From Dehalococcoidia bacterium (GTDB taxonomy: Bacteria > Chloroflexota > Dehalococcoidia > Bin125), in contig OY820591.1 of NCBI GenBank assembly GCA_963555985.3, positions 2,880,001 to 2,944,000 on the forward strand: a stretch of 64,000 bases of DNA. Direction: 5' to 3'. This document shows, one piece after another, positions 53,581-64,000 of this stretch (position 1 is its first letter; every line of letters starts with the position of its first letter). Under the pieces are notes generated by a model that was not told the DNA's origin, did no database searches, and was given only the letters and a program-made list of their open reading frames with translations. The translations under genes and the position numbers were made by a program.

Positions 53581-54138
53581 ATGACGACTCCAGAAGAAGT
53601 GACTGAGGCCCCTGCCGCGCCTGTGGAGGAGGCGCCAACCGCGCCTGCTCCAGAACCGGCTGCGCCGGAACCGACGCCGGTGACGCCGTTGCGGGTGACG
53701 CCGGCGCCGACCAGCGGTGAGCGGGTGCCGCAGATGATCGAGCGGACGCGGCGGCGGGGGCGTCGCCGCCGGGCGCCGGTGTTTACGCCGCAGGAAGTGA
53801 AGAGCATCGACTACAAGGATGTGGACAAGCTGAAGAAGCTGCTCTCGGATCGTGGTCGGATCGAGCCGCGCCGGAAGACGGGTCTGACGGCGAAGGATCA
53901 GCGCAAGCTGGCGCGGGAGATCAAGCGTGCGCGTCATGTGGCGCTGCTGCCGTACACGGCGGAGCACATGCGCCAGACTTCGCGGTTCCGGATGGTGTCG
54001 CGGATGGCTCAGCGGGCGCTGCGGCGGGATTATGAGCCGGTCGCGCCTGCGCCAGAGCCGGTCGCGCCGGAGGCTGATCCTGCGCCGGTGGCGGGCGAGG
54101 CGGCGCCTGTGTCCGCTGCGCCGGAAGCGGCGGAATAA
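53581..54138 (+). CDS. rpsR: 30S ribosomal protein S18 with long extensions
   Basis: IDYKDV...[11 protein letters not shown]...[17 protein letters not shown] core; follows rpsF-ssb. Confidence 0.92.
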   Translation: MTTPEEVTEAPAAPVEEAPTAPAPEPAAPEPTPVTPLRVTPAPTSGERVPQMIERTRRRGRRRRAPVFTPQEVKSIDYKDVDKLKKLLSDRGRIEPRRKTGLTAKDQRKLAREIKRARHVALLPYTAEHMRQTSRFRMVSRMAQRALRRDYEPVAPAPEPVAPEADPAPVAGEAAPVSAAPEAAE

Positions 54139-55440
54139 ATGGGTGAGGCGACGGGCTCGTCATTGGGGGTCGGCCTGCTTGGGCTGGGCGTGGTCGGGCG
54201 GGCGGTGTATGACGCGCTGGAGCGGAGCGCGGCGGCGTATCGAGCGCGGGCCGGGCGTGGTTTGGAGGTTCGCGCGGCGGCGGTGCGCGATGTCGCTCGG
54301 CGGGGCGATCTTGCGGCTGCGGGATTGTCGCTCTCGGACGATCCGATTGCCGTCGTGAGGCGGGATGATGTTGATCTGGTGGTGGAATTGATGGGCGGGG
54401 AGTCGCCGGCGGCGGAGTGTATTGAGGCGGCGCTGTCGGCGGGGAAGTCGGTGGTGACCGCCAATAAGGAAGTGATGGCGAAACACGGGCCGGCGCTGTT
54501 GGCGCTGGCCGAGCAGCAGGGGGCTGCGCTGCGCTATGAGGCGAGCGTGGGCGGGGGGATTCCGATCATCGGGGTGCTTCAGAGCGAGTTGCAGGCGAAT
54601 CAGATTGAGTCGGTGCGGGCGATTATCAACGGGACGACGAACTACATGATCACGGAGATGTCGAGCGGGGGCATTTCCTACGAGGATGCGCTTGCCGAGG
54701 CGCAGCGGCTGGGGTATGCGGAGGCGGATCCGACAAATGACGTGGACGGGATCGATGCGGCGTACAAGCTGGCGATTCTGGCTTCGCTGGCGTTTCGGGT
54801 TCGGGTGGCTCCTGAGGATGTGCACTGCGAGGGGATTCGGGCGTTGACGGGGCGGGACTTTGAGCACGCGCAGGCGCTTGGCTATGTGATTCGGATGCTG
54901 GCGACGGCTCGGCGGACGGCGCGGGGGCTTGATTTGCGCGTGCATCCGACGCTGATTCCGGAGGAGGATGCGATGGCGCGAGTGGACGGGGTGCTGAACG
55001 CGGTGGCGGTGACGGGCGATCTGTTGGGTTCGGTGGTGCTGGAAGGTCCCGGGGCGGGTGCCGGGGCGACGGCGAGCGCGGTGGTGGCGGACATTCTGGA
55101 GGCGGCGCGGTCAGGCGGTCAGGCGGCTGAATCGGCGCCGTTGGAGGCCGCGCCTCGTTTGGCTCCGCTGGAGGAGCTCTGTCTGCGGACGTATCTGCGG
55201 CTGGAAGTGCCGGATCGGGCGGGGGTGTTGGCGGAGCTTGGGCGTGCGTTTGCGGCGGAAGGGGTGAGTATTGCGTCGGTGCTGCAAACGCCGCATCCGG
55301 AGCGTGAGCAGTCGGCGGATCTGATCATCACGACCCATGCGAGCGAAGACGGGGCGATGGATCGGGTGTTGGCGGCGCTTGAGCAGTCGGAATCGGTGTT
55401 GGAGATCGGTGTGCGTCTGCGGATCGAGGATGCGGCATGA
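54139..55440 (+). CDS. hom: Homoserine dehydrogenase
   Basis: GLGVVG, VTANK, EASVGGGIP, NGTTNY, GYAEADP, C-terminal ACT domain. Confidence 0.96.
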   Translation: MGEATGSSLGVGLLGLGVVGRAVYDALERSAAAYRARAGRGLEVRAAAVRDVARRGDLAAAGLSLSDDPIAVVRRDDVDLVVELMGGESPAAECIEAALSAGKSVVTANKEVMAKHGPALLALAEQQGAALRYEASVGGGIPIIGVLQSELQANQIESVRAIINGTTNYMITEMSSGGISYEDALAEAQRLGYAEADPTNDVDGIDAAYKLAILASLAFRVRVAPEDVHCEGIRALTGRDFEHAQALGYVIRMLATARRTARGLDLRVHPTLIPEEDAMARVDGVLNAVAVTGDLLGSVVLEGPGAGAGATASAVVADILEAARSGGQAAESAPLEAAPRLAPLEELCLRTYLRLEVPDRAGVLAELGRAFAAEGVSIASVLQTPHPEREQSADLIITTHASEDGAMDRVLAALEQSESVLEIGVRLRIEDAA

Positions 55441-56447
55441 GTTCGTTCCGCAATTCGGAGACCGCCGACGCGCGCTTGATGCGGCTTGAGGAGCAGTTGG
55501 CCGGGCTGCGTGATCGGATCGGCGAGCTGGTACAGCACGAGATTCGCGACGAACGCGAGATTGCGGCGCTGGATGAGCGTATCCGCGAGATTGAAGGGAA
55601 CGCGGTCAGGCTGTCGTCTCAGGTGAACTCGCTCTCGCGGGTGATGGAGGAGATTCAGACGCTGCGCGAGCGTTTGGGGCGGTTCCAGAACGCGCTTGGG
55701 GAGGGTCAGGAGCAGGTCGATGTCGGGATTCGGCGGCTGCGCCAGGAGATGGAGGCGGAGCGGGATCAACTGGGCGACGCGGATCGGCGGCTGCAATCGC
55801 TTGAGGGCGGAACCAGCGAGTTGCGGGATCGCTTGGCGACTTTTGACGATGCGCAGCGGCGCACCAATACCGAGTCGGCTGAGCTTGCGCATCGTTTGAG
55901 TCAGATCGAAAGCACGCTGGAGGCGCTAGGCGCGCGGATTTCGGCGAACGCGGACGGTATCCGTCGGGCGTTCGCGGAGAATCGGACGCTTGAATCGCGG
56001 ATCGAGGGTTTGGAGCGGCAGTCGCGGGAGTTGACCGAGCGGCTTGAGCTCTCGAATCAGAGTGTGCGGCGGGTGACGGAGAGTTCGGAGCGCTGGGATG
56101 ATCTGGCGACGAATGTGGAGGCGATGCGCTCGCGGGTTGACGACGCTCTGCGTGTGCTGGACGAGGCGAAGAGTGTGGCGGCGAGCGTTCGGCGAGGGTA
56201 TGAGGCGTTGGAGGAACGGATCGGCAATATCGAGCGTTCGGCGGAACAGCTCAGGGCGCGGGACTCGCGGCGGGAGCGTGCGGTGGCGGAGCTCGATGAC
56301 AAGATTTCGAGTCTGACCGAACTGGCGGCTGAGGATCAGGATCGTTTCATCAACTTGCAGGAGCAGATCCGGCGGCGGCAGATTGACGATCTGGAGCAGG
56401 AGATTCGGACGCTGAAGGCGTACATGCGGGTGCGCTCCGATGCCTGA
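55437..56447 (+). CDS. Long coiled-coil hypothetical protein
   Basis: Heptad-rich E/R/L sequence lacking Pro; overlaps both hom and thrC. Confidence 0.8.
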   Translation: MSSFRNSETADARLMRLEEQLAGLRDRIGELVQHEIRDEREIAALDERIREIEGNAVRLSSQVNSLSRVMEEIQTLRERLGRFQNALGEGQEQVDVGIRRLRQEMEAERDQLGDADRRLQSLEGGTSELRDRLATFDDAQRRTNTESAELAHRLSQIESTLEALGARISANADGIRRAFAENRTLESRIEGLERQSRELTERLELSNQSVRRVTESSERWDDLATNVEAMRSRVDDALRVLDEAKSVAASVRRGYEALEERIGNIERSAEQLRARDSRRERAVAELDDKISSLTELAAEDQDRFINLQEQIRRRQIDDLEQEIRTLKAYMRVRSDA

Positions 56448-57540
56448 ACTGATTACCGCCGCCGATCCGCCCATGAGCCGGGGCGTGTTGGAGCGTTACG
56501 CGGAGTGGTTGCCGCTGACGCCGGCTACGCCGCGGATCACGCTGGGGGAGGGAGATACGCCGCTGGTGCGGGCGAAGAGTCTGGAAGCGCGTACGGGGGC
56601 GGCTGAGGCGTGGCTCAAGCTTGAGCTGTGCAATCCGACGGGATCGTTCAAGGATCGGGGGATGGTGGTAGCGGTGGCGAAGGCGCTGGAGGAGGGGGCG
56701 ACGGCGGTGCTCTGCGCTTCGACCGGGAATACGAGCGCTTCGGCGGCGGCTTATGCGGCTCGCTGCGGGTTGCAGGCGTTCGTGCTGGTGCCAGGCGGCA
56801 AGATCGCGCAGGGCAAACTGGCGCAGGCGGTGGCGTATGGAGCTCGGGTGCTTGCGATCGACGGCAATTTCGACGATGCGCTGCGGCTTGCGCAGGCGCT
56901 GACCGAGCGGCTGCCGATTGCGCTGGTCAATTCGGTGAACCCGTACCGGATCGCGGGTCAGAAGACGGCGGCGATGGAGATCGCCGACGCGCTCGGCGAT
57001 GCTCCCGATTTGCATTGCATTCCAGTGGGCAACGCCGGCAACATCACCGCGTATTGGGCCGGGTACAGCGACTATTTCCATGCGGAACGAGTAGAGCGGC
57101 GGCCGCGAATGCTTGGCGTGCAGGCTTCGGGGGCGGCTCCGCTGGTGACGGGGATGCCGGTTGCTGAACCGGAGACGATTGCGACGGCGATCCGGATCGG
57201 TAATCCAGCTTCCTGGGCTGGGGCTGTGGCTGCGCGCGACGAGTCGGATGGGGCGATCATTGCGGTGGACGACGAGGAGATTCTTGACGCCTATCGGCTG
57301 CTTGCGGCGGAAGAGGGTGTCTTCTGCGAGCCTGCGTCGGCGGCGTCGGTCGCTGGCTTGCTGGCCCAAGCCAGCGCCAATCACAGCGAATCGCTGGATG
57401 GCAAGCGGGTGGTTTGCACGATCACGGGACACGGACTCAAGGATCCGGAGCGAGCCGTGAGCGCGTTTGAGGCGGACCTGATTGAGTTGGACGCCGGCTA
57501 CGCCGAAGTCGCACGAGCGGTTGAGGAGCGGCTCCGATGA
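56440..57540 (+). CDS. thrC: Threonine synthase
   Basis: [39 protein letters not shown]. Confidence 0.96.
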   Translation: MPELITAADPPMSRGVLERYAEWLPLTPATPRITLGEGDTPLVRAKSLEARTGAAEAWLKLELCNPTGSFKDRGMVVAVAKALEEGATAVLCASTGNTSASAAAYAARCGLQAFVLVPGGKIAQGKLAQAVAYGARVLAIDGNFDDALRLAQALTERLPIALVNSVNPYRIAGQKTAAMEIADALGDAPDLHCIPVGNAGNITAYWAGYSDYFHAERVERRPRMLGVQASGAAPLVTGMPVAEPETIATAIRIGNPASWAGAVAARDESDGAIIAVDDEEILDAYRLLAAEEGVFCEPASAASVAGLLAQASANHSESLDGKRVVCTITGHGLKDPERAVSAFEADLIELDAGYAEVARAVEERLR

Positions 57541-58112
57541 GCGACCTGATCGACCTGACCCGAGCCGAAGCGGCGGTGCGTGAGCTCTTGCTCGCGTTGG
57601 GCGAAGATCCCGAGCGCGAGGGCTTGCGCGAGACACCGCGGCGAGTGGCCGCCGCCTTCGCCGAGACCTTGGGCGGACGCGAGGTCGATCTCCCGAATCT
57701 GTTGCAGGTCGGCTTCGACGAAGGCCACGACGAGATGGTGATCCTGCGCGATATTCCCTTCTTCTCCACCTGTGAACACCACCTGATGCCGTTTCACGGG
57801 ATCGCGCACGTAGCCTATGTACCGCGGGGCCGCGTGGTTGGTCTGTCCAAATTAGCGCGGCTGGTCGACGCGGTGGCGCGGCGACCGCAGCTCCAGGAAC
57901 GGCTGACGGCGCAGATCGCAGACATCATGATGTCAACGCTGGAGCCTGACGGCGCGGCAGTGGCAGTGGAAGCGGAACACCTCTGTATGCAGATGCGAGG
58001 GATCAGGAAGCCCGGTTCGCGGATGTTGACTTCAGCGATGCGGGGGACGTTCCGCACGCAGGAGGCGACGCGGGCGGAGTTTCTCTCGCTGGTGGGGACG
58101 CAACGGCTGTGA
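57537..58112 (+). CDS. folE: GTP cyclohydrolase I
   Basis: [35 protein letters not shown]. Confidence 0.97.
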   Translation: MSDLIDLTRAEAAVRELLLALGEDPEREGLRETPRRVAAAFAETLGGREVDLPNLLQVGFDEGHDEMVILRDIPFFSTCEHHLMPFHGIAHVAYVPRGRVVGLSKLARLVDAVARRPQLQERLTAQIADIMMSTLEPDGAAVAVEAEHLCMQMRGIRKPGSRMLTSAMRGTFRTQEATRAEFLSLVGTQRL

Positions 58113-59131
58113 CGTTGACGGTCGTGCAAGGCGGCTACGCAGAGTTGCGCGAGCGCTGGTCGCGGCTGGCGCGGAGCCAGCGCGCGTCCGGTGCGCCGTT
58201 CACCGCGCCTGAATTCGGGGAGGTCTGGTGGAGCGTCTTCGGTCCCACTCACTGCGGTGAGCTCGAATTGTTGGGTCTGGAAGACGGCAGGGGCGAGTTG
58301 GCGGGGATGATTCCGCTGTTGCGATGCAGCGAGGATGCGCCGGAGGGGGCTGTGTTCGGATTTGCGGGCGATCACGAAATCTCCGACTATCTCGGGCTCT
58401 CCGCAGCCGACGGGCGTGAGCGCGAGGTAGTGGCTGCGCTATTCGAGCATTTTGATCAGCGCGGCGCCGTCAGCGCCGACCTACGCGGTCTCGCGCCGGG
58501 TTCGCCCTGGCCCGAGCTGATCGCAGCCGAGGGTGCGGCTCGCGGTTGGACGGTCGAGTTGAGCGACGAAGCTGTTTGTCCGGTCGTCGATATCAGCGGT
58601 GGTTGGGAGGCCTACCTGGGGCGGTTGCGTTCGCGCGACCGGCGTGAGGTGCGGCGCAAGCTACGCGGACTGCGGCAGTTGCGGGGCGCGGTTTCCTTCG
58701 CAGCATTTGACGAACCCGCCGAGATCACGGAGCGATTGCCGCTGTTCATGGCGATGATGGCCGAGTCTCGGGGGGACAAGGCGGCGTTCCTGACTGAGCA
58801 GATGCAGGCGTTCTTCGGCGATCTGACCGAATCGCTGGCGGCGGCCGGCTGGGCCCGGATGTACCTGATGTCGATCTCGGGCGACCCTGCGGCGATGGTG
58901 TTGTGTTTTGTCGTCGGCGACGAGCTGTTGTTGTACAACAGCGGATATGATCCACGCTTCCGCGAGCTGTCGGCGGGGCTGGCGTCGAAGGTGCTCTGCA
59001 TCCGCGATGCGGTCGAACGCGGACTGACGCGCGTCAATTTCCTGCGCGGCGACGAGCCGTACAAGTTTGAGTTGGGCGGTGAGCCGGCGATCGTGCGCCG
59101 GGCCCAACTGCGCCGGAGGGAGGCATCGTGA
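58109..59131 (+). CDS. GNAT-fold protein (CelD/BcsL, Acetyltransf_6-like)
   Basis: [13 protein letters not shown]...[21 protein letters not shown]. Confidence 0.85.
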   Translation: MTLTVVQGGYAELRERWSRLARSQRASGAPFTAPEFGEVWWSVFGPTHCGELELLGLEDGRGELAGMIPLLRCSEDAPEGAVFGFAGDHEISDYLGLSAADGREREVVAALFEHFDQRGAVSADLRGLAPGSPWPELIAAEGAARGWTVELSDEAVCPVVDISGGWEAYLGRLRSRDRREVRRKLRGLRQLRGAVSFAAFDEPAEITERLPLFMAMMAESRGDKAAFLTEQMQAFFGDLTESLAAAGWARMYLMSISGDPAAMVLCFVVGDELLLYNSGYDPRFRELSAGLASKVLCIRDAVERGLTRVNFLRGDEPYKFELGGEPAIVRRAQLRRREAS

Positions 59132-60420
59132 AGCGTCGCCTGGCGGTGATTTCGACGCATAGCTCTCCGCTCGCCCGGGTCGGCACGACCAAAGCCGGCG
59201 GGATGAACGTGTACATCGACGAACTTTCACGCGAGCTCACGAGGCTGGGCTGGGACGTGGACATCTACACGCGCTGGGATCGGCCCGACTTGCCCGAGGT
59301 GATCGAAATTCAACCGGGCATGACGGTGTTTCACGTGAAACAGGGACCGCCCGAGCCGCTCTCGCCGATGGCGACGGCGGACTACATCGAGGAATTCACC
59401 GTCGGCGCTCGTGATCTCGCTGAATGCCACGAGCGGCGATACGACCTGGTGCATTCGCACTATTGGATCTCGGGTCTGAGCGGAGCTGCGCTCGCGCAAG
59501 GCTGGAACGCGCCGCACGCGACGATGTTCCACACTCTGGGCGCGATGAAGAATCACTACGGTCAGACGGAGCCCGAGCCGGCGGTGCGGATCGAGGGCGA
59601 GCGGCGGGTAGCAGCCTGCGCCGATGCGATTATCTGCGCGACCACGCATGAAGAGCGGTTTTTGATCGAGCATTACGGGGCGGACCCGACCCGTTTGCGT
59701 GTGGTTCCCTGTGGGATTGATCTGGGCCTCTTTGGGCCGGGGAACCGTTCCTCTGCGGAGGCAGTTCTGCGCGAGCAAGCGCCGGAATTGGGCGTTGATG
59801 ACGGCCCGGGCATTCTCTTCGTGGGTCGATTGGAACCGCTCAAGGGCGCCGACCTGCTTGTGCGGGCGCTGCCTTTGATCGACCACGAGCTCAAGCCGTC
59901 GCTCTGGATCGTCGGCGGGGACGAACGCGATCGGGGTGAGCGCGAACGGCTGCGGAGTCTGGCGCGAGCGCAGGGGGTGGATTCGCAGGTGCGATTCCTG
60001 AATGCCGCGCCGCGCTCGCTGCTGCCCGATCTCTATCGAGCAGCAGCCGTCTGTGCGATGCCGTCGTACTACGAGAGCTTTGGTCTGGTAGCGGTGGAGG
60101 CGATGGCAGTGGGTACGCCGGTGGTAGCGACGCGGGTGGGCGGACTTGCGAGTACGGTCAGCGACGGTCGGACGGGGCTACTGGTGGATGCGCGCCGGCC
60201 GGAGTCGTTTGCGGCTGCGCTCGAAGGCTTGCTGGCGGATCCCGATCTGCGCGAGCGGATGGGGACGACGGCGGCGGTGGCGATGAATCGTTTCGCCTGG
60301 CCGCGGGTGGCGGAGGGTATTCTCCGCACCTACGACGAATTGCTGCGGGCTGGAAGCTCGCGGCGGTCGCCGTGCGCAGAGGCGGAGGATGCGCTGCTTG
60401 CGGGCGCGGTTGGCCGCTGA
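59128..60420 (+). CDS. MshA-like GT4 glycosyltransferase
   Basis: HSSPL...AGGMNVY, HSHYWISG, HTLG..K, VGRLEPLKG, ESFGLVAVEA. Confidence 0.88.
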   Translation: MKRRLAVISTHSSPLARVGTTKAGGMNVYIDELSRELTRLGWDVDIYTRWDRPDLPEVIEIQPGMTVFHVKQGPPEPLSPMATADYIEEFTVGARDLAECHERRYDLVHSHYWISGLSGAALAQGWNAPHATMFHTLGAMKNHYGQTEPEPAVRIEGERRVAACADAIICATTHEERFLIEHYGADPTRLRVVPCGIDLGLFGPGNRSSAEAVLREQAPELGVDDGPGILFVGRLEPLKGADLLVRALPLIDHELKPSLWIVGGDERDRGERERLRSLARAQGVDSQVRFLNAAPRSLLPDLYRAAAVCAMPSYYESFGLVAVEAMAVGTPVVATRVGGLASTVSDGRTGLLVDARRPESFAAALEGLLADPDLRERMGTTAAVAMNRFAWPRVAEGILRTYDELLRAGSSRRSPCAEAEDALLAGAVGR

Positions 60421-60458
60421 CGGCCGGCGGCGTTCGATTCAGGGTGAGAGGACGAGCG

Positions 60459-61247
60459 ATGGCCGAATCCGAGGCGGCGGAGGCTCGTCGGGCGCTGGTG
60501 GTGATGGCTCATCCCGACGACATCGAGTTCACCTGCGGCGGTACGGTCGCTCAGCTTGCCGATGACGGTTGGGAGGTCACGTTCTGCCTAGTCACGAGCG
60601 GGGATAAGGGCACCAAGGATCCAGCGTTGGGTCCTGCCGATCTTGGGGCGGTGCGGGAGGCCGAGCAGGAAGCGGCGGCGGCTGAACTGGGTGTGCAGCG
60701 CTGTATTTTTCTGCGCGTGCCGGACGGAGCGGTTGAGGACAGTCCCGAATTTCGGAGCACGCTCGTGCGGGTGCTGCGTGAGGTGCGGCCTGAGATTCTG
60801 ATCACGTGGGACGGATATCGGGGTTTCAATCACCGCGATCATCGGACGGTGGGGATCGCCTCGCTCGATGCCGCCTTCCCGCTGGCGCGGAACGCCAACA
60901 GCTATGCCGAACACGTTGCGCAGGGGCTAGAGCCGCATCGGGTGAATACGGTCTTGCTGGCGGGGAGCCGTGAGCCGAACTTCTACGTTGACGTGCGAGA
61001 TCAGCTCGAGCGCCGGATCGATGCGCTGCTGCATCATGCGTCGCAGGTACAGGCGGCGAATCGTGAGGAAATGGCGAAACGGATGCGTCAGCGTCAGCAG
61101 CAGGCGGCGCGGGAGGGGCGTGTACCGTGGGCGGAGGGGTTCCGACGGATGCTGTTCGGGGAGGCCCGAGCTCCGCGTCGGTCGGTAGCGCTGGTAGAGG
61201 AGCGCAAGGCTGCTGAAAAGGCGGCGGCCGCGGCAGAGGAGGGCTGA
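60459..61247 (+). CDS. PIG-L family deacetylase (MshB/BshB-like)
   Basis: AHPDDIE, TSGDKG, R..EQ, HRDH. Confidence 0.88.
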   Translation: MAESEAAEARRALVVMAHPDDIEFTCGGTVAQLADDGWEVTFCLVTSGDKGTKDPALGPADLGAVREAEQEAAAAELGVQRCIFLRVPDGAVEDSPEFRSTLVRVLREVRPEILITWDGYRGFNHRDHRTVGIASLDAAFPLARNANSYAEHVAQGLEPHRVNTVLLAGSREPNFYVDVRDQLERRIDALLHHASQVQAANREEMAKRMRQRQQQAAREGRVPWAEGFRRMLFGEARAPRRSVALVEERKAAEKAAAAAEEG

Positions 61248-61248
61248 G

Positions 61249-62175
61249 GTGGAGGACGGGGCGCTGTTCCTGCTCTGGGCGAGCTTTGCGGCGGCGATCT
61301 GCGCGGCGGTGGTGTACATCCTCTATGCGGCGCAGCCTCGGCTGACGCGGGCGTTTGCGTTCAATCGCGCGGCTGCCACCGATCCGGCGACCGTTTCGGG
61401 CGTTGCGCTCAGTGTGTCTCCGCTGCGATCGCCGACGCTGGGCGGGATGGCGACGCTGAGCGTTTGGACAGCGGCGACATTGGGGATCGTTGGCTTGGTC
61501 TTGCGGAGTGTCGCTCTGCAACACGCGCCGTACAGCAATCTGTTCGAGTTCTCGATGGCGTTCGGGATCGCGATTGTGCTGCTCTACGCGATCTTTGAGA
61601 TGCGGTTTGGGACGCGGTTGGCGGGGACGTTCGTGCTGCCGGTCGCTTGCGGCTTGTACGGGAGCGCGCTGGCGTTTCCCAGCGAGGGACAGGATGTGTT
61701 GGTGCCGGCGTTGCAGAGTCCGACGCTGCTGACGATTCATGTGGCGCTGATGATTCTCTCCTATGCGGTGCTGGCGGTCGCGTTTGGGGCGTCGGTGATG
61801 CATTTGGCTCAGGGTTGGCCCGATCGAGTGGCGAAGGCGGGTGGGCGGTTCGAGTTTCTGCCCTCGGCGGAGCGGTGCGACCAACTGACTTACCGCGCCG
61901 TCCTGATTGGGTTTCCGCTGCTGGCTGGGGGGGTTGCGCTGGGGGCGTTCTGGGCGAATGACGCCTGGGGGCGGTATTGGGGTTGGGATCCGAAGGAGAC
62001 GGCGGCGCTGGTGACGTGGCTGATTTTCGCTGTGTACATCCATGGTCGAGGGCTGCGGCAATTGCGGGGGGCGCGCAAGGCGTGGATCGTGGTGGCGGGC
62101 TTTGCGGCGGTGCTGTTTACCTATTTGGGTGTGAATCTCTGGATCAGCGGCTTGCACTCCTACGCAGGGGTCTGA
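61249..62175 (+). CDS. Cytochrome c biogenesis protein CcsA/CcsB (system II)
   Basis: PALQS..L.IHV, WANDAWGRYWGWDPKE, GLHSYA. Confidence 0.93.
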   Translation: MEDGALFLLWASFAAAICAAVVYILYAAQPRLTRAFAFNRAAATDPATVSGVALSVSPLRSPTLGGMATLSVWTAATLGIVGLVLRSVALQHAPYSNLFEFSMAFGIAIVLLYAIFEMRFGTRLAGTFVLPVACGLYGSALAFPSEGQDVLVPALQSPTLLTIHVALMILSYAVLAVAFGASVMHLAQGWPDRVAKAGGRFEFLPSAERCDQLTYRAVLIGFPLLAGGVALGAFWANDAWGRYWGWDPKETAALVTWLIFAVYIHGRGLRQLRGARKAWIVVAGFAAVLFTYLGVNLWISGLHSYAGV

Positions 62176-62465
62176 ACGGGCTGATCTGATAGGTGGGCGA
62201 CAGAGCGCCTGCATGGATTCTCCGTCCGAAGATCGCCCGTTTGACTTGCCAATGCGTGAGCGGGTGGGATACGATAGCTCCCTGTACGCGCTGGATTCGG
62301 TGAGCGTTGACCGCCGCCGTTTCGGGACGCGAGGGGTCGAAGCCGACGGCAGGCTGATGACCACCGGCAGACTCGCGCAGGCGACTTGTTTGCCTGTTGC
62401 GGACGGTCGGCGAGGATCAGCCAACGGCTTTGACCCCGTTGTTGTGGCAGTAAGGGAGCCGCATC

Positions 62466-62903
62466 ATGCCGACGATCAACCAGCTCGCCCGCAAGGGCCG
62501 CAAGAAGTCGCGCAAGAAGGCGAAGGCTCCGGCGCTGCGTTTCCGCTACAACGCGCTGACCAATCGCACGACCCAGGACACCGGCTCTCCGCAGAAGCGG
62601 GGCGTCTGCACGGCGGTGCGAACCGTCACCCCGAAGAAGCCGAACTCGGCGCTGCGCAAGGTTTGCCGCGTGCGGCTGACCAACGGGATCGAAGTGACGG
62701 CCTACATCCCCGGTGAGGGGCACACGTTGCAGGAGCACTCGATCGTGCTCGTGCGGGGCGGTCGGGTGCGCGACTTGCCCGGTGTGCGTTATCAGGTCGT
62801 ACGCGGCGCGCTGGATGCGCTCGGCGTAGCGGAGCGCCGTCGCGGACGTTCCAAGTACGGCACCCGCAAGACAGCTGGACTGCAAACTGCGGCCACCCAC
62901 TAA
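62466..62903 (+). CDS. rpsL: 30S ribosomal protein S12
   Basis: [29 protein letters not shown]. Confidence 0.99.
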   Translation: MPTINQLARKGRKKSRKKAKAPALRFRYNALTNRTTQDTGSPQKRGVCTAVRTVTPKKPNSALRKVCRVRLTNGIEVTAYIPGEGHTLQEHSIVLVRGGRVRDLPGVRYQVVRGALDALGVAERRRGRSKYGTRKTAGLQTAATH

Positions 62904-62963
62904 CGGGTGGCCGTCCTACTGTTCCGCGCCTGATCGGTTCGGAACGAGAGACGGATACAAAGC

Positions 62964-63434
62964 GTGCCTCGCCGACGCCGCCCCGACCGCCATGTGATCC
63001 GGCCGGACGCCCGCTACGGGTCGACGTCCGTGCAGATGGTGATCAACCGCCTGATGCAGAACGGCAAGAAGGGCGTCGCGGAGAAGATCATGTACGGCGC
63101 GATGGACGTGATCGAAGAGCGAGTCCGCCAGGATCCGCTTGATGTGTTCAACGTGGCGCTGGAGAACATCACGCCTGAGATGGAAGTGCGCCCGCGCCGC
63201 GTGGGTGGCGCGACCTATCAGGTGCCCGTGGAGATTCGGCACGATCGGCGGGTGTCGCTTGGCATTCGCTGGCTCGTTCGTTCCACCCAGGCTCGGAGCG
63301 GACGACCGGCCTACCTGTCTTTGGCCGATGAGCTGCTGGACGCCTACAACAACACCGGAGCCGCCGTGCGGCGCAAAGAAGAAACGCACCGCATGGCCGA
63401 GGCCAACCGCGCGTTTGCACACTATCGCTGGTAG
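62964..63434 (+). CDS. rpsG: 30S ribosomal protein S7
   Basis: [24 protein letters not shown]. Confidence 0.99.
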   Translation: MPRRRRPDRHVIRPDARYGSTSVQMVINRLMQNGKKGVAEKIMYGAMDVIEERVRQDPLDVFNVALENITPEMEVRPRRVGGATYQVPVEIRHDRRVSLGIRWLVRSTQARSGRPAYLSLADELLDAYNNTGAAVRRKEETHRMAEANRAFAHYRW

Positions 63435-63534
63435 GCCGCCGCCCGAAAACGACGCACGATCCCCACACCGACGCCCGCGCACCGCTCACTGCGCTGTCGC
63501 GCGCTGCGTAGCGAGTCGCACACAGGAATCCCTT

Positions 63535-64000
63535 ATGCCCGCCGACCCGCCCATCTCGTCACTTCGCAATATCGGCGTGATCGCGCATATCGACGCGGGC
63601 AAGACGACCGTGACCGAGCGCATCCTCTATTTCACCGGTCGCACCTACAAGATCGGCGAGGTGCATGACGGCACCGCGGTGATGGACTTCATGGATCAGG
63701 AGCGCGAGCGCGGGATCACGATCATGGCCGCCGCCACCTCCTGCGACTGGAACGAGCACCGGATCAACATCATCGACACGCCCGGCCACGTTGATTTCAC
63801 AGTTGAGGTGGAGCGCTCGCTGCGCGTGCTGGACGGGGGCGTGGTCGTCTTTGATGCGGTGGCTGGAGTTGAGCCGCAGTCGGAGACGGTCTGGCGTCAG
63901 GCCGATCGCTATGAGGTGCCGCGGATCTGCTTCGTCAACAAGATGGATCGGATCGGGGCAGACTACTGGCGGACGATGGAGATGATTCGGGATCGACTCG
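63535..64000 (+). CDS. fusA: Elongation factor G (partial)
   Basis: [37 protein letters not shown]. Confidence 0.97.
   Translation, partial: MPADPPISSLRNIGVIAHIDAGKTTVTERILYFTGRTYKIGEVHDGTAVMDFMDQERERGITIMAAATSCDWNEHRINIIDTPGHVDFTVEVERSLRVLDGGVVVFDAVAGVEPQSETVWRQADRYEVPRICFVNKMDRIGADYWRTMEMIRDRL

Overview
High-GC bacterial chromosome segment, most likely Chloroflexota (Dehalococcoidia/SAR202-like). This is inferred from gene order such as rplI-dnaB-dnaD-dnaC-like, tRNA-Thr/Tyr/Thr-tuf-rpmG-secE-nusG-rplKAJL without rpoB, and yacL-ispDF-cysE-cysS. Most of the window is housekeeping genes: translation, replication, Thr/Cys/Phe/PLP/folate/Moco metabolism, a sugar ABC transporter and an MshA/PIG-L cluster. 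The unusual content is mostly intergenic. (1) Islands of nested palindromic REP-like repeats are invaded by a ~140-bp MITE with 15-bp TIRs and 6-bp target duplications. (2) A duplicated orphan cassette (promoter + ~120-aa ORF + conserved 90-nt tail) sits at 0.6-1.1 kb and 50.1-50.6 kb. (3) Strand G/T vs C/A skew flips several times and peaks on the repeat islands. (4) There are two apparently acquired modules: a DUF3800-like RNase H-fold gene with a putative downstream small RNA, and a DUF5678-like/retropepsin gene pair. All calls were made by eye from motifs; no database search was run.
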